DNA of 64,000 nucleotides from an uncultured Actinomycetes bacterium (GCA_963721795.1 CAVRLT010000014.1:23972-87971), one strand, 5' to 3'; numbered from the stretch's first letter, positions 35,879-44,984 are shown. Notes: generated from the letters alone by a model not told the origin. Program-made: numbers and translations.

Positions 35879-37305
35879 GCGGTCGATTCCGCGGCTGTTT
35901 CCTGGCCGACACGGCCCGCGCCGTCGTGCGGGCGCACCAGGGAGAACGCGACGACGGCGCCGACGGCCGCGATCCCGGCAGCGACGACAAGCCCGGTCTG
36001 GAGGCCCTCGACGAACGCCTGCGGAGTCCGCTCGCCACCGGCCTCGAGGACCATGATCGCCCCGATGATGGCGATGCCGAGCGAGCCGCCGATCTGCCGG
36101 GACGCGTTCAAGACGGCGGATCCCACTCCGGCCTTGTCGATCGGGACGCTGCGCGTGGCCGCGGCCGCGCTCGGCGTCATCGTCAGCGACATCCCGATTC
36201 CGCCCACCAGGAACGCGGGGAGGAGATCCCAGAACGTGGCGTCGATACCGAGCCGCGAGAAGTAGAGGAGCTGAGTCGCGATCAAGATCATCCCCGCTGT
36301 CATGAGCCCGCGCGACCCGATCCGGTCGCTCGCCTTCCCGGCGATCGGTGCGAGGAGGATGATCAGGATGGTCATCGGCAGGAACGCCGCGCCGGTCTGG
36401 ATGGCCGAGTACCCGAGGACGTTCTGCATGTACAGCGACAGGAAGAAGAAGACCCCGAACATCGCGAGCGCTACCAGCAGGACGACGAGATTCGCGCCCG
36501 TGTAGGTCCCGCTGCGGAAGAGCTCGAGCGGGAGCATCGGCGCCCGCTGATAGCGCTCGAGGAGCACGAAGGCGAGCAGCGAGGCCCCGGCGACGGCGAA
36601 GGCTCCGAGGATTCGCGCCGAGCTCCAGCCGTACGTGTTCGCCTCGATGAGCGCATACGTGAGAGCGAAGAGCCCGAGCGCCGACGTCGCGAGGCCCGGC
36701 AGGTCGAGCCGAACGTGCGTGGAGTCACGCGACTCGTCGATGAAGAGGAAGCTCGCAACGACGGCGAGGATCCCCACGGGGACGTTGACGAAGAAGATCC
36801 AGCTCCAGTCGAGGCGCTCGGTGATCAGGCCTCCGACCAGAGGCCCGATGGCCAGGGCGAGCGCCGAGGTGCCTGCCCAGATGCCGATCGCGGTGCCTCG
36901 CTGGTGCGGCGGGAACGTGGCCGCGATGATCGAGAGCGTCGCCGGGTTCATCAGGGCCGCGCCGACGCCCTGCAGGACGCGGGCAGCGATCAGCTCGTCG
37001 CCCGACCCCGCGAGACCGCACCACAGCGAGGCCGACGTGAAGATGGCGATGCCGATGACGAAGATCAGCCGCCGGCCGTACGCGTCTGCGACCTTTCCAC
37101 CGATGAGCATCAGCGCGGCGAAGGTCAGCGCATAGCCGGTGACGATCCACTGGAGTTGGGAGAGATCGGTCCCGAGGTCCTCCTGGATCGCCGGCAGCGC
37201 GACGTTCACGACCGTGTTGTCGAGCATGATCATGAAGAGGCCGAAGGAAACCGCGGCTAGCGTGAACCACTTGCGCGTGTCCTCTGCGAAGATCCGAGCT
37301 CTCAT
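35875..37305 (-). CDS. MFS drug:H+ antiporter, DHA2 (EmrB/QacA, 14-TMS) family
   Basis: Motifs: MLDNTVVNVALPAIQEDLG, GKVADAYGRRLIF and LQGVGAALMNP. ATG 37305 (MRARIFAEDTRKWFTL) is preferred over the track start at 37344, which lies inside a REP element. Confidence 0.88.
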   Translation of the reverse strand: MRARIFAEDTRKWFTLAAVSFGLFMIMLDNTVVNVALPAIQEDLGTDLSQLQWIVTGYALTFAALMLIGGKVADAYGRRLIFVIGIAIFTSASLWCGLAGSGDELIAARVLQGVGAALMNPATLSIIAATFPPHQRGTAIGIWAGTSALALAIGPLVGGLITERLDWSWIFFVNVPVGILAVVASFLFIDESRDSTHVRLDLPGLATSALGLFALTYALIEANTYGWSSARILGAFAVAGASLLAFVLLERYQRAPMLPLELFRSGTYTGANLVVLLVALAMFGVFFFLSLYMQNVLGYSAIQTGAAFLPMTILIILLAPIAGKASDRIGSRGLMTAGMILIATQLLYFSRLGIDATFWDLLPAFLVGGIGMSLTMTPSAAAATRSVPIDKAGVGSAVLNASRQIGGSLGIAIIGAIMVLEAGGERTPQAFVEGLQTGLVVAAGIAAVGAVVAFSLVRPHDGAGRVGQETAAESTA

Positions 37306-37321
37306 CGTTCGTCCTGTAAAA

Positions 37322-37345
37322 GGTGTCAGGCTTAAGCCTGACACC
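37322..37345. repeat. REP-like element, TCAGGC subfamily (GGTGTCAGGC-TTAA-GCCTGACACC)
   Basis: It has a perfect 10-bp stem and lies in the divergent intergenic region between the MFS gene and the acyl-CoA synthetase gene. Confidence 0.85.
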
Positions 37346-37374
37346 CTTGTCGCAACACACTCCCGTCGAAGTTA

Positions 37375-39288
37375 GTGAATACTAAGCTAGCACACGCTAA
37401 CACTCAGCCGAAGGACGAGTTCTCGTGGGTGCCGACGCCCGCCCAGCTCGAGGAGGCGAACGTCGCCCGCCTGGCGGAGCGCCTCGGCTGCGAGGGATAC
37501 GAGGCGCTTCATCGCGTGTCGATCGAGGAACCCGACCGGTTCTGGCGCGCTGTCCGAGACGACCTCGAGATCCCGCTTGCCCGCGATTGGGATGCCGTTT
37601 GCGACGACTCCCGTGGGGTTGAGTGGACGACCTGGTTCGAGGGTGCGCGGCTGAATATCGCCGATGCGTGCGTCCACGTCTGGGCCGAGCGAACGCCGGA
37701 CGCGCCCGCCGCCGTCTTCCAGGGCGAGGACGGAGTGCGGGACGAGCTTTCCTTCGCGGAGCTGTCGGGCCAGATCATCAGGCTCGCGGAAGCGCTGTCG
37801 AGGCTCGGCGTCGCGGCAGGAGACCGGGTCGCGATCTACATGCCGATGTCGGCTGGGGTCGCGGTTGCGTCACACGCCTGCGCCCACATCGGCGCGGTCC
37901 AGGTTCCGATCTTCTCCGGATTCGCGGCGCCGGCGATCGTCCAACGACTTCGCGACGCCGAGGCGAAGGTCGTGATCACCGCCGACTACTCGTTCCGGCG
38001 CGGCACCCGGATCGCGATGCGGGAGACGATCGCGGAGGCGCTCCGCGAGGCTCCGTCGGTCGAGCACGTCGTCGAATGGTCGCGAGCGGACGGAACGTGG
38101 AACGTCGAGCTCGGCCCCGGTGAGCTCCCGGCGCTCGAGGTCGAGGCAGAGCATCCGTACCTCCTCGCGTATACGTCGGGCACGACCGGACGGCCGAAGG
38201 GCGCGCTCCACGTGCACGGTGGATTCCTTCTCTCGATCGCGCGCGAAGCCGCGTACCAGGCGGATCTGAAGGCCGGCGACCGCGTGCTCTTCGCGACGGA
38301 CATGGGCTGGATCATGGGGCCGTGGACCGTCGTCGGCGCAGGGGCGGTCGGGGCAGCGGTCGTCTACATGGAAGGCGCCCCGGACTGGCCCGAGGACCGC
38401 CTCTGGCAACTCGTCGAGTCGGAGCAGGTGACGATGCTCGGCGTGTCGCCGACTCTCGTCCGGGCGCTCATCCCCAAGGGCAAGCCGACCGCGGACCTCT
38501 CCTCCCTGCGGGCGGTGACGACGACCGGCGAGCCGTGGAACCGCGACCCCTACGACTGGCTGAGCGAGCACGTCTGCGGCGGCGGGCGGATCCCGATCGT
38601 GAACATCTCCGGAGGCACGGAGGTCGGAGCATGCTTCCTGGCGGTGAGCATGCTGGCGTCGACGAAGCCCTGCTCGCTGGGGTTTCCGGCGCTCGGCCAG
38701 GACATGGACGTCTTCGACGACTCGGGGCGGCCGCTCCGAGGCGCAGTCGGCGAGCTCGTCTGCAGGCGCCCGTGGCCCGGCATGACGCGCGGGATATGGG
38801 GAGATCCGGAGCGCTACCTCGAGACCTACTGGCGACGGTTCCCCGGCGTCTGGACACACGGCGACTGGGCTTCGGTGGACGAGGACGGCTACTGGTTCCT
38901 GCACGGCCGTTCCGACGACACGCTGAACATCGCCGGCAAGCGAATCGGCCCCGCGGAGCTCGAGTCCGCCGCGGTCAACCATCCTGCCGTGACCGAAGCG
39001 GCTGCAATCGGTGTCCCTCACGAGGTGAAGGGCGAGGTGGCCTGGCTCTTCTGCGTGCTGCGGCCGGGCGAGGACGCAAAGGCGGAAGAGGTCGCCCGAA
39101 CGGTGGCAGACGAGCTCGGGAAAGCCTTCAAGCCGGAGCGCGTCCTGTTCGTGTCGGCGCTTCCGAAGACGCGGAGCGCGAAGATCGTGCGACGCGCGGT
39201 GCGGGCGAGCGCGCTCCACGAAGATCCGGGCGACCTCTCGACCATGGAGAATCCCGACGTGCTCGAGGAGATCGCGCGTGTCGTCTGA
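37375..39288 (+). CDS. AMP-forming acyl/acetyl-CoA synthetase family protein
   Basis: This is an intact 637-aa ORF with motifs YTSGTTGRPKG, TGEPW, GDWASVDEDGYWFLHGRSDDTLNIAGKRIGPAELE and PKTRSAKIVRR. An alternative GTG start lies at 37429, after an AAGGA sequence. Confidence 0.88.
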   Translation: MNTKLAHANTQPKDEFSWVPTPAQLEEANVARLAERLGCEGYEALHRVSIEEPDRFWRAVRDDLEIPLARDWDAVCDDSRGVEWTTWFEGARLNIADACVHVWAERTPDAPAAVFQGEDGVRDELSFAELSGQIIRLAEALSRLGVAAGDRVAIYMPMSAGVAVASHACAHIGAVQVPIFSGFAAPAIVQRLRDAEAKVVITADYSFRRGTRIAMRETIAEALREAPSVEHVVEWSRADGTWNVELGPGELPALEVEAEHPYLLAYTSGTTGRPKGALHVHGGFLLSIAREAAYQADLKAGDRVLFATDMGWIMGPWTVVGAGAVGAAVVYMEGAPDWPEDRLWQLVESEQVTMLGVSPTLVRALIPKGKPTADLSSLRAVTTTGEPWNRDPYDWLSEHVCGGGRIPIVNISGGTEVGACFLAVSMLASTKPCSLGFPALGQDMDVFDDSGRPLRGAVGELVCRRPWPGMTRGIWGDPERYLETYWRRFPGVWTHGDWASVDEDGYWFLHGRSDDTLNIAGKRIGPAELESAAVNHPAVTEAAAIGVPHEVKGEVAWLFCVLRPGEDAKAEEVARTVADELGKAFKPERVLFVSALPKTRSAKIVRRAVRASALHEDPGDLSTMENPDVLEEIARVV

Positions 39289-40042
39289 CCAGCTTCAGGG
39301 AGTCGCGCTCGTCACCGGCGGCGGCCGCGGGATCGGCGCCTCGATCGCGCGCGAGCTGGCCGAGGCCGGGATGAAGGTCGCGGTCACGGGGCGCACCCGC
39401 GAGCAGGTGGAGCAGGTCGCCGGTGATATCGACGGGCTCGCCCTGGTCGGCGACGTCACCCGACAGAAGGACGTGGAAACCTGGGTCGAGCGCACCGAGA
39501 ACGAGCTCGGTCCGATCGAGCTTCTTGCCGCCAACGCGGGCATCGGCAGCCCGGAGGGAGCGACGTGGGACATCCCGCCCGACGACTGGTGGCACGTGCT
39601 CGAGGTCAACGTTCTCGGCGTTCACCTCTCATGCCGCGCGGTGATTCCCGGCATGCTCGAGCGTGGAAGCGGGCGCATCGTCATAACCGGCAGCGGTGCC
39701 GCGTATCTGCCTGGAGGCGGCGGGCAGACGCCGTACCCCACGAGCAAGGCCGCGGCGTGTCGCTATGGAGAGATCCTTGCCAACGAGCTCCGAGATCGCG
39801 TGCCCGTATTCGTCATCAGCCCCGGCCTCGTCCGCACGGAGATGACCGAACGCTGGGGCGATGACATGCCGTGGACGCCGCCCGAGCTCGCTCCGCAGCT
39901 CGTTCGCGTCCTCGCCTCGGGGCGTGCGGACGCGCTCGCGGGGCGGTATCTGCACGCGGAGCACGACGACATCGAAGACCTGATCCGGCGCGCGGACGAG
40001 ATCGTCGAGAACGACCTGAACGCGATCCGCCTCCAGCGCTGA
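39278..40042 (+). CDS. Short-chain dehydrogenase/reductase (SDR)
   Basis: Motifs: ALVTGGGRGIGASIA, NAGIG and YPTSKAA. Its start overlaps the 3' end of the synthetase gene. Confidence 0.88.
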   Translation: MSSDQLQGVALVTGGGRGIGASIARELAEAGMKVAVTGRTREQVEQVAGDIDGLALVGDVTRQKDVETWVERTENELGPIELLAANAGIGSPEGATWDIPPDDWWHVLEVNVLGVHLSCRAVIPGMLERGSGRIVITGSGAAYLPGGGGQTPYPTSKAAACRYGEILANELRDRVPVFVISPGLVRTEMTERWGDDMPWTPPELAPQLVRVLASGRADALAGRYLHAEHDDIEDLIRRADEIVENDLNAIRLQR

Positions 40043-40088
40043 GCCGGGCTTAACTCCTCCCAAACGCGCCGCCCCCTACCCTGCGACG

Positions 40089-40523
40089 GTGCCCTTTTTC
40101 ATCTGCCCCAACTGCAAGCAGCGGTCGGTCGACAGCGACGGCTACGACGGCTTCTCGACGCAGGCGGTGCAGTGCCGCAGCTGCGGCTTCGGCTTTCTCT
40201 ACGAGCTGCTCGAGGACTACTACCCCGCACCCGAGACGGGATTCGTCGTGTGTGACGGAGAGTCGCGGGTGCTCGCCGTCGGCCGCGGCGTGTTCGAGCT
40301 GACCGGCTACCGGGACGGCGATCTGATGGGACGCAAGGTCGCAGATGCGCTGTCGCTCTCGGATCCGTCGCCGATCGAGATCGTGCACGAGTGGGGCGTG
40401 CGAAAGCTCGGACAAGAGCTCGAGATCCGCACGAGCGCCGGGCTCCCGAAGGACGTCACCGTCGACTTCTTCCCGGCCTACGACGACGACGGCGGCCTCC
40501 TCGTCGCGCTAACTCCGCGCTAG
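40089..40523 (+). CDS. Small zinc-ribbon + PAS-like domain protein
   Basis: The 144-aa ORF has an N-terminal CPNC-x21-CRSC motif. A PAS-like segment follows (GFVVCDGESRVLAVGRGVFELTGYRDGDLMGRKVADAL...DVTVDFFPAYDDDGGLLVAL). Confidence 0.6.
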   Translation: MPFFICPNCKQRSVDSDGYDGFSTQAVQCRSCGFGFLYELLEDYYPAPETGFVVCDGESRVLAVGRGVFELTGYRDGDLMGRKVADALSLSDPSPIEIVHEWGVRKLGQELEIRTSAGLPKDVTVDFFPAYDDDGGLLVALTPR

Positions 40524-41197
40524 CGCGGCGCGATCCAGACCTGCTTGGCGAGCGCGAGGAGCTCGCCGTCCTCGGCGAAGAGCGCGGTGCCCGCGAAGAG
40601 CTTTCGTCCGTCCTCTCCGACCGGCCAGGACACGACGACGCAGCGGTCTCCGCTCTCCGGGACGCGATCGATGCGGGCCGTCATACGGCCGAGAACCACG
40701 CCGCCTCTCCCGGCCGCGCCCACCGCGTACGCACCGGGACAGTCGATCGCCGCCCATACGAGCTCGGGTGACGCCTCGGAGACCGTCCATGGCGCTGCCT
40801 GCAGCAGCTCACGACCTTCCACCGGACCGGCGTAGATTCCCAGGCCATCGTGGTCGTCTCGGACGCCGCACACGAAGCACTCGCGGAATACGGGGTTGCC
40901 TACAGCGACGAACCGCGTCGTGGCCTGCTCGGCGTCGGCGAAAGCGACCGGCGCGGGCGGGTCGAGGTCGAGGTCGAGCTCCGCGACGCGAGCCTCGGCA
41001 ACCACGGCGTCACCGTCGAGCAGTACGGCAGAGTCGCCGTTCCGCTGTACCTGAAGCGATCGTTCGAGAGGAGGCGGGAGGCGAAGCGTCACCTCAACCG
41101 TGCCGCCATCAAGAAATGCCGCCAGCGTCCCCGACGCGTACCCGCCATTCGCGGACGTCAACGGCCCCCGGAAACGGCGTGGAAAGGTGAGCTCCAC
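40520..41197 (-). CDS. Hot-dog-fold (PaaI-like thioesterase) protein
   Basis: This is the C-terminal ~225 aa of the 826-aa track ORF. Motifs: FRGPLTSANGGYASG, FRECFVCGVRDDHDGLGIY and VVLGRMTARIDRVP. A GTG at 41197 is chosen as the start. The upstream part of the track ORF is antisense to nadE. Confidence 0.5.
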   Translation of the reverse strand: MELTFPRRFRGPLTSANGGYASGTLAAFLDGGTVEVTLRLPPPLERSLQVQRNGDSAVLLDGDAVVAEARVAELDLDLDPPAPVAFADAEQATTRFVAVGNPVFRECFVCGVRDDHDGLGIYAGPVEGRELLQAAPWTVSEASPELVWAAIDCPGAYAVGAAGRGGVVLGRMTARIDRVPESGDRCVVVSWPVGEDGRKLFAGTALFAEDGELLALAKQVWIAPR

Positions 41198-41213
41198 GAG
41201 GTGAGTTCTACCT

Positions 41214-41240
41214 GGGGTCAGACCCCACGGGTCGGACCCC
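41214..41240. repeat. Collapsed REP-like remnants (GGGGTCAGACCCC and GGGTCGGACCCC)
   Basis: The outer arms of the REP consensus are retained without the inner stem and loop. Confidence 0.5.
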
Positions 41241-41281
41241 ACGCGTTGTAGACTCAGGTTTGTGACTGTGAGGCGAAAACC

Positions 41282-42991
41282 TTGAGACTCGCACTGGCAC
41301 AGCTCAACGTCGTGGTCGGCGACCTCGACGGGAACCGGGCCAAGATCGTCTCCGCACTCTCCGACGCACGCGAGGCAGGCGCAGACGTCGTCGTCTGTCC
41401 CGAGCTCGCCACCACGGGATACCCACCCGAGGACCTCCTGCTCCGCCCGGGATTCATCCGCGCGACGCACGGCTCCCTCGAGGAGATCGCTCGTGCCGCC
41501 CAGGGGATCGTCGCGCTCGTCGGAACACCGTGGTTCGACCGGGATCTCGCGAACGCCTGCGCGGTCTGCGCGGACGGCCGCGTCCAGGGCATCTACCGAA
41601 AGCACTTCCTCCCGAACTACGGCGTCTTCGACGAGCACCGCTACTTCGCCGAGGGCCGCGACCTCCTGCTGCTTCGCATGGGCGACGTCTACGCCGGCCC
41701 GACGATCTGCGAGGACCTGTGGCAGCCCGGGCCGCCTGCGACCGACCTCGCCCTGGCCGGCGCTCAGCTCGTGGTGAATCTCTCCGCATCTCCCTACCAC
41801 GTCGGCAAGGCGGAGGAGCGCGAGGAGATGCTGGTGACACGAGCACGGGACACGAGCTCGTACCTCGCGTTCTGCAACCTCGTCGGCGGACAGGACGAGC
41901 TCGTCTTCGACGGGCATTCGGTCGTGCTCGACGACGCGGGCGAGGTGGTCGCGCGCGCACCCGGCTTCGAGGAACACCTGCTCGTGGTCGACATCGAGCC
42001 CGACCTCGCCATCGGTCGCCGGCTCCGCGACGTTCGCCGGCGCGAGCTCGATCGCTCTCGGGAGAGCGTTCCGGCGGTCGACGTCGTCGAGCTCGCCCTC
42101 GCGTCGCCGCACGCGAAGCCACTCGACCGCGTGGTGGCGCCGTTCGAGCCCGAGCTGGAGCAGATGCGCCGTGCGCTCGTCCTGGGGCTGCGCGACTACG
42201 TCGCGAAGAGCGGGTTCGAGCAGGTCGTCGTGGGAGTCTCGGGCGGGATCGACTCGGCCGTCACCGCAGCGCTGTGCGTCGACGCCTTCGGCCCGGAGCG
42301 CGTCCATTGCGTCTCGATGCCATCGCAATTCTCGTCTGAAGGCACGCGGAACGACGCTCGGGGGCTCGCCGAGGGCCTCGGTTGCGACTTCCGCGAGATC
42401 GCGATCGAGGACGTCGTCGAGGAGCTCCGGAGCACGCTCGCAGAGCCGACGGGCGGTCTCGAAGGGCTTGCCGCGGAGAACCTGCAGGCCCGGGTGCGCG
42501 GAGTCATCCTCATGGCGCTCTCGAACACGTTCGGCTGGCTGGTCGTCTCGACGGGGAACAAGTCGGAGCTCGCGGTCGGCTACTCGACCCTCTACGGCGA
42601 CATGGTCGGCGGGTACGCGCTCCTCAAGGACGTCTTCAAGACCGACGTCTTCCGAATCGCGCGCCACCTGAACCAGCGCAGCGCAGGCGAGCTGATTCCT
42701 GCGAGCACGATCGAGCGGGCCCCGAGCGCCGAGCTCCGAGCCGACCAGCGGGACGAGGACTCGATCCCGCCGTACGACGTCCTCGATCCGGTGCTCGAGG
42801 CATATGTCGAGCTCGACCACTCGCGCGAGGAGCTGCTCGAGGAGTTCGATACTGAGGTCGTGGAGCAGGTCGTCACTCTCGTCGACCGCGCGGAGTACAA
42901 GCGCCGCCAGGCCCCACCGGGGGTGAAGCTCCGCCCGAAGGCGTTCGGACGCGACCGGCGGACCCCGATCACCAATCGCTGGAGGGGTTGA
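41282..42991 (+). CDS. nadE: Glutamine-dependent NAD+ synthetase
   Basis: This is an intact 569-aa ORF starting at TTG. It has an N-terminal nitrilase/CN-hydrolase domain (MRLALAQLNVVVGDLDGN, ICEDLW) and a C-terminal synthetase domain (GVSGGIDSAV, STGNKSELAVGYSTLYGD). Confidence 0.93.
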   Translation: MRLALAQLNVVVGDLDGNRAKIVSALSDAREAGADVVVCPELATTGYPPEDLLLRPGFIRATHGSLEEIARAAQGIVALVGTPWFDRDLANACAVCADGRVQGIYRKHFLPNYGVFDEHRYFAEGRDLLLLRMGDVYAGPTICEDLWQPGPPATDLALAGAQLVVNLSASPYHVGKAEEREEMLVTRARDTSSYLAFCNLVGGQDELVFDGHSVVLDDAGEVVARAPGFEEHLLVVDIEPDLAIGRRLRDVRRRELDRSRESVPAVDVVELALASPHAKPLDRVVAPFEPELEQMRRALVLGLRDYVAKSGFEQVVVGVSGGIDSAVTAALCVDAFGPERVHCVSMPSQFSSEGTRNDARGLAEGLGCDFREIAIEDVVEELRSTLAEPTGGLEGLAAENLQARVRGVILMALSNTFGWLVVSTGNKSELAVGYSTLYGDMVGGYALLKDVFKTDVFRIARHLNQRSAGELIPASTIERAPSAELRADQRDEDSIPPYDVLDPVLEAYVELDHSREELLEEFDTEVVEQVVTLVDRAEYKRRQAPPGVKLRPKAFGRDRRTPITNRWRG

Positions 42992-43020
42992 CACCGTCAA
43001 CCGTAAGTTGTAACTTACGG
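42988..43020 (+). promoter_or_regulatory. arsR promoter TTGACA-17 nt-TAACTT with overlapping operator palindrome CCGTAAGTT-GT-AACTTACGG
   Basis: The -35 is at 42988-42993 and the -10 at 43011-43016. A 9-bp-arm palindrome (43001-43020) covers the -10. A second palindrome, GTTGAC-ACC-GTCAAC (42987-43001), covers the -35. The predicted transcription start coincides with GTG 43024. Confidence 0.55.
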
Positions 43021-43023
43021 TAA

Positions 43024-43338
43024 GTGAATGCTAACGGTCACCCACTCGACGCACTCGGCGACCCGACCCGGCGGCAGGTCTTCGAGCTGCTGAAGGATGG
43101 ATCGCGCTCGGTCGGCGAGCTCGCAGCCGGGCTCCCCGTGAGCAGGCCGGCAGTCTCGCAGCATCTCCGCGTCTTGGAGACGGTCGGTCTCGTGACCCAC
43201 CAGCGACAGGGTACGAGGAACCTGTACGAGGTCAACGGGAACGGCGTCGCCGAGATCCGCGTGTGGGTCGACGGATTCTGGGACGAGGCCCTCGCCCGCT
43301 TCAAGGCGGCGGCCGAGAGGAAAGGAGACGTTTCATGA
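43024..43338 (+). CDS. ArsR/SmtB-family transcriptional regulator
   Basis: The 104-aa ORF reads LGDPTRRQVFELLKDGSRSVGELAAGLPVSRPAVSQHLRVLETVGLV. Confidence 0.88.
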   Translation: MNANGHPLDALGDPTRRQVFELLKDGSRSVGELAAGLPVSRPAVSQHLRVLETVGLVTHQRQGTRNLYEVNGNGVAEIRVWVDGFWDEALARFKAAAERKGDVS

Positions 43339-43787
43339 GCGACGCGCTCGTACTGGAAGCGGTACGGAAGACGATCACCGTGGACTGCGTCGTCGAGGAA
43401 GCCTTCCGCGTGTTCACCGCGGACGCGCGCAGCTGGTGGCCGGTCGACCCGCACTCGATCCACGGGGACGGGGTGAAGGAGATCGTGTTCGAGGAACGCG
43501 AGGGAGGAGAGGTCTACGAGATCACGGCCGACGGGAGGAAGGGCCACTGGGCGTCCGTTCTCGCCTGGGAGCCGCCGGACCGGCTCGTGCTCGCGTGGAA
43601 CGTCCTCGAGCGCGAAGCTGTCCCCACCGAGGTGGAGGTGCGCTTCACGCCAGAGGACGGCGGAACTCGCGTCGACCTCGAGCATCGCGGCTGGGAAACG
43701 GTCGAGAACGAGGCCGCCGCGAAGCGGGAGAACTACGACACCGGCTGGGATCGCGTCCTTCGCTTCTACGAGGAGCGGCTGACCTAG
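43335..43787 (+). CDS. SRPBCC/AHSA1-family protein
   Basis: ATG 43335 overlaps the arsR stop (ATGA). Motifs are ITVDCVVEEAFRVFT and WWP. The ArsR + SRPBCC pairing is a common arrangement (established knowledge). Confidence 0.75.
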   Translation: MSDALVLEAVRKTITVDCVVEEAFRVFTADARSWWPVDPHSIHGDGVKEIVFEEREGGEVYEITADGRKGHWASVLAWEPPDRLVLAWNVLEREAVPTEVEVRFTPEDGGTRVDLEHRGWETVENEAAAKRENYDTGWDRVLRFYEERLT

Positions 43788-44263
43788 ACCCCGGCATCGA
43801 GCGGCTCCGCTGGAGGTCCCGACTCGAGCAGTGAACGGACGAGCGACGGAAGGCGGCTGGGAGCGAACAGCGTCCCTTCCGCCTCCAGCTCGTCGAGCTG
43901 CCACCACCGCACGGCGCACATGTTCTCCTCCCGGAGCTCCTCCCAGGTCAGCCGCGGGACCGGGTCGAACGCACCCGTGCGCACGAGGTAGTACCGCTCC
44001 GTCTGCCCGTCCCAGCGGCCGTCTCCGAGCGGGACGAGATGGGTCCTCGTCCACACGAGCGGGCCGAGGTCGAGCTCGTCGAGGCCGGTCTCCTCCAGAA
44101 GCTCGCGCCGTATCGCCTCTTCGTCGGTCTCCCCCTCGTCGATCCCACCACCTGGAGCAGCCCAGACGAGCCGATCGCCGAAGTCGAAGCAGACGAGGAG
44201 GATGCGGTCGTCCCCGTCGAGCACGAGCGCCCGGGCGGCGACTCGCAGGCGTGGCTCGGTCAC
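43784..44263 (-). CDS. NUDIX hydrolase
   Basis: The Nudix box is GGGIDEGETDEEAIRRELLEETGL. Confidence 0.88.
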   Translation of the reverse strand: MTEPRLRVAARALVLDGDDRILLVCFDFGDRLVWAAPGGGIDEGETDEEAIRRELLEETGLDELDLGPLVWTRTHLVPLGDGRWDGQTERYYLVRTGAFDPVPRLTWEELREENMCAVRWWQLDELEAEGTLFAPSRLPSLVRSLLESGPPAEPLDAGV

Positions 44264-44763
44264 GGGACGAGCTCCCGAAGCGCTTTGAACCAGCGGAGGC
44301 GCTCGTTCCAGGGCACAGCCGCGTTCGCCGGTGACGTCGACGGGAGGACGAAGAGCGCTGTCTCGTCGAGACGACGCTCCTGGAGCCCGTGCTCGACGCG
44401 ACCGCCGAACGGGCCCGTGTAGGCGATCTTGCCCACGAATGCCAGCGCCTCGGGAGCGAGCGTGCGCGCAATCTCCTCGAGCCGCTCGGCGGCGCCGGCG
44501 AAGTCGGACTTGCGCAGGTCGCCAGAGCCGCGCGTCGTCCGGCGCGCGGCATTCGTGAGGCCGACTCCGTACCGAGTGAGCTCGGCTGCTTCCTGGGGCT
44601 CGAGGAGGCGAGGCGTGAACCCCGCCGCGTGCAGGAGGCGCCAGAAGTCGTTCCTCGGGTTGGCGAAAGGCGCTCCGGCAGCAGCGCTCATGCGCCCAGG
44701 GTTGATGCCGCAGAAGACGACGCGAACGCCGGGCGCGAGGACGTCGGGAACGGCAGCGCTCAT
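44260..44763 (-). CDS. mug: G/U mismatch-specific uracil-DNA glycosylase (Mug/TDG family)
   Basis: The protein starts at ATG 44763 (MSAAVPDVLAPGVRVVFCGINPGRMSAAAGAPFANPRNDFW...FVLPSTSPANA). The track ORF extends further upstream. Confidence 0.85.
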   Translation of the reverse strand: MSAAVPDVLAPGVRVVFCGINPGRMSAAAGAPFANPRNDFWRLLHAAGFTPRLLEPQEAAELTRYGVGLTNAARRTTRGSGDLRKSDFAGAAERLEEIARTLAPEALAFVGKIAYTGPFGGRVEHGLQERRLDETALFVLPSTSPANAAVPWNERLRWFKALRELVP

Positions 44764-44792
44764 GCTCTGCCCGATCCTGCCTACGGAGGTCG

Positions 44793-44984
44793 CTACGCGG
44801 CTTCGGCCTCTCGCGCGTCCAGGCGCAGCTCGAGCAGGCGGCGGAGCCGCTCGCCCATCTCGGAAGGCTCGAGGCGAGGATCGGGTTCGCGCCGAAGGAC
44901 TTTCACGGAGTCCTCGGTCCACCGCCACCCGTAGCAGCGCTCGTAGCACTCGGCCTCGCTGAGCGTCCTGAGCCGCTCTTCCAT
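44793..44984 (-). CDS. Hypothetical 63-aa protein
   Basis: This ORF has a non-Arg-biased composition (MEERLRTLSEAECYERCYGWRWTEDSVKVLRREPD...). It lies upstream of mug on the same strand. I recognise no family. Confidence 0.3.
   Translation of the reverse strand: MEERLRTLSEAECYERCYGWRWTEDSVKVLRREPDPRLEPSEMGERLRRLLELRLDAREAEAA

Noticed and set aside
41198-43000. N-terminal ~600 aa of the 826-aa minus-strand ORF 40520..43000
   Set aside because: This part lies entirely antisense to the intact nadE gene and has no recognisable motifs. Only the C-terminal ~225 aa (the hot-dog fold) look like a real protein.
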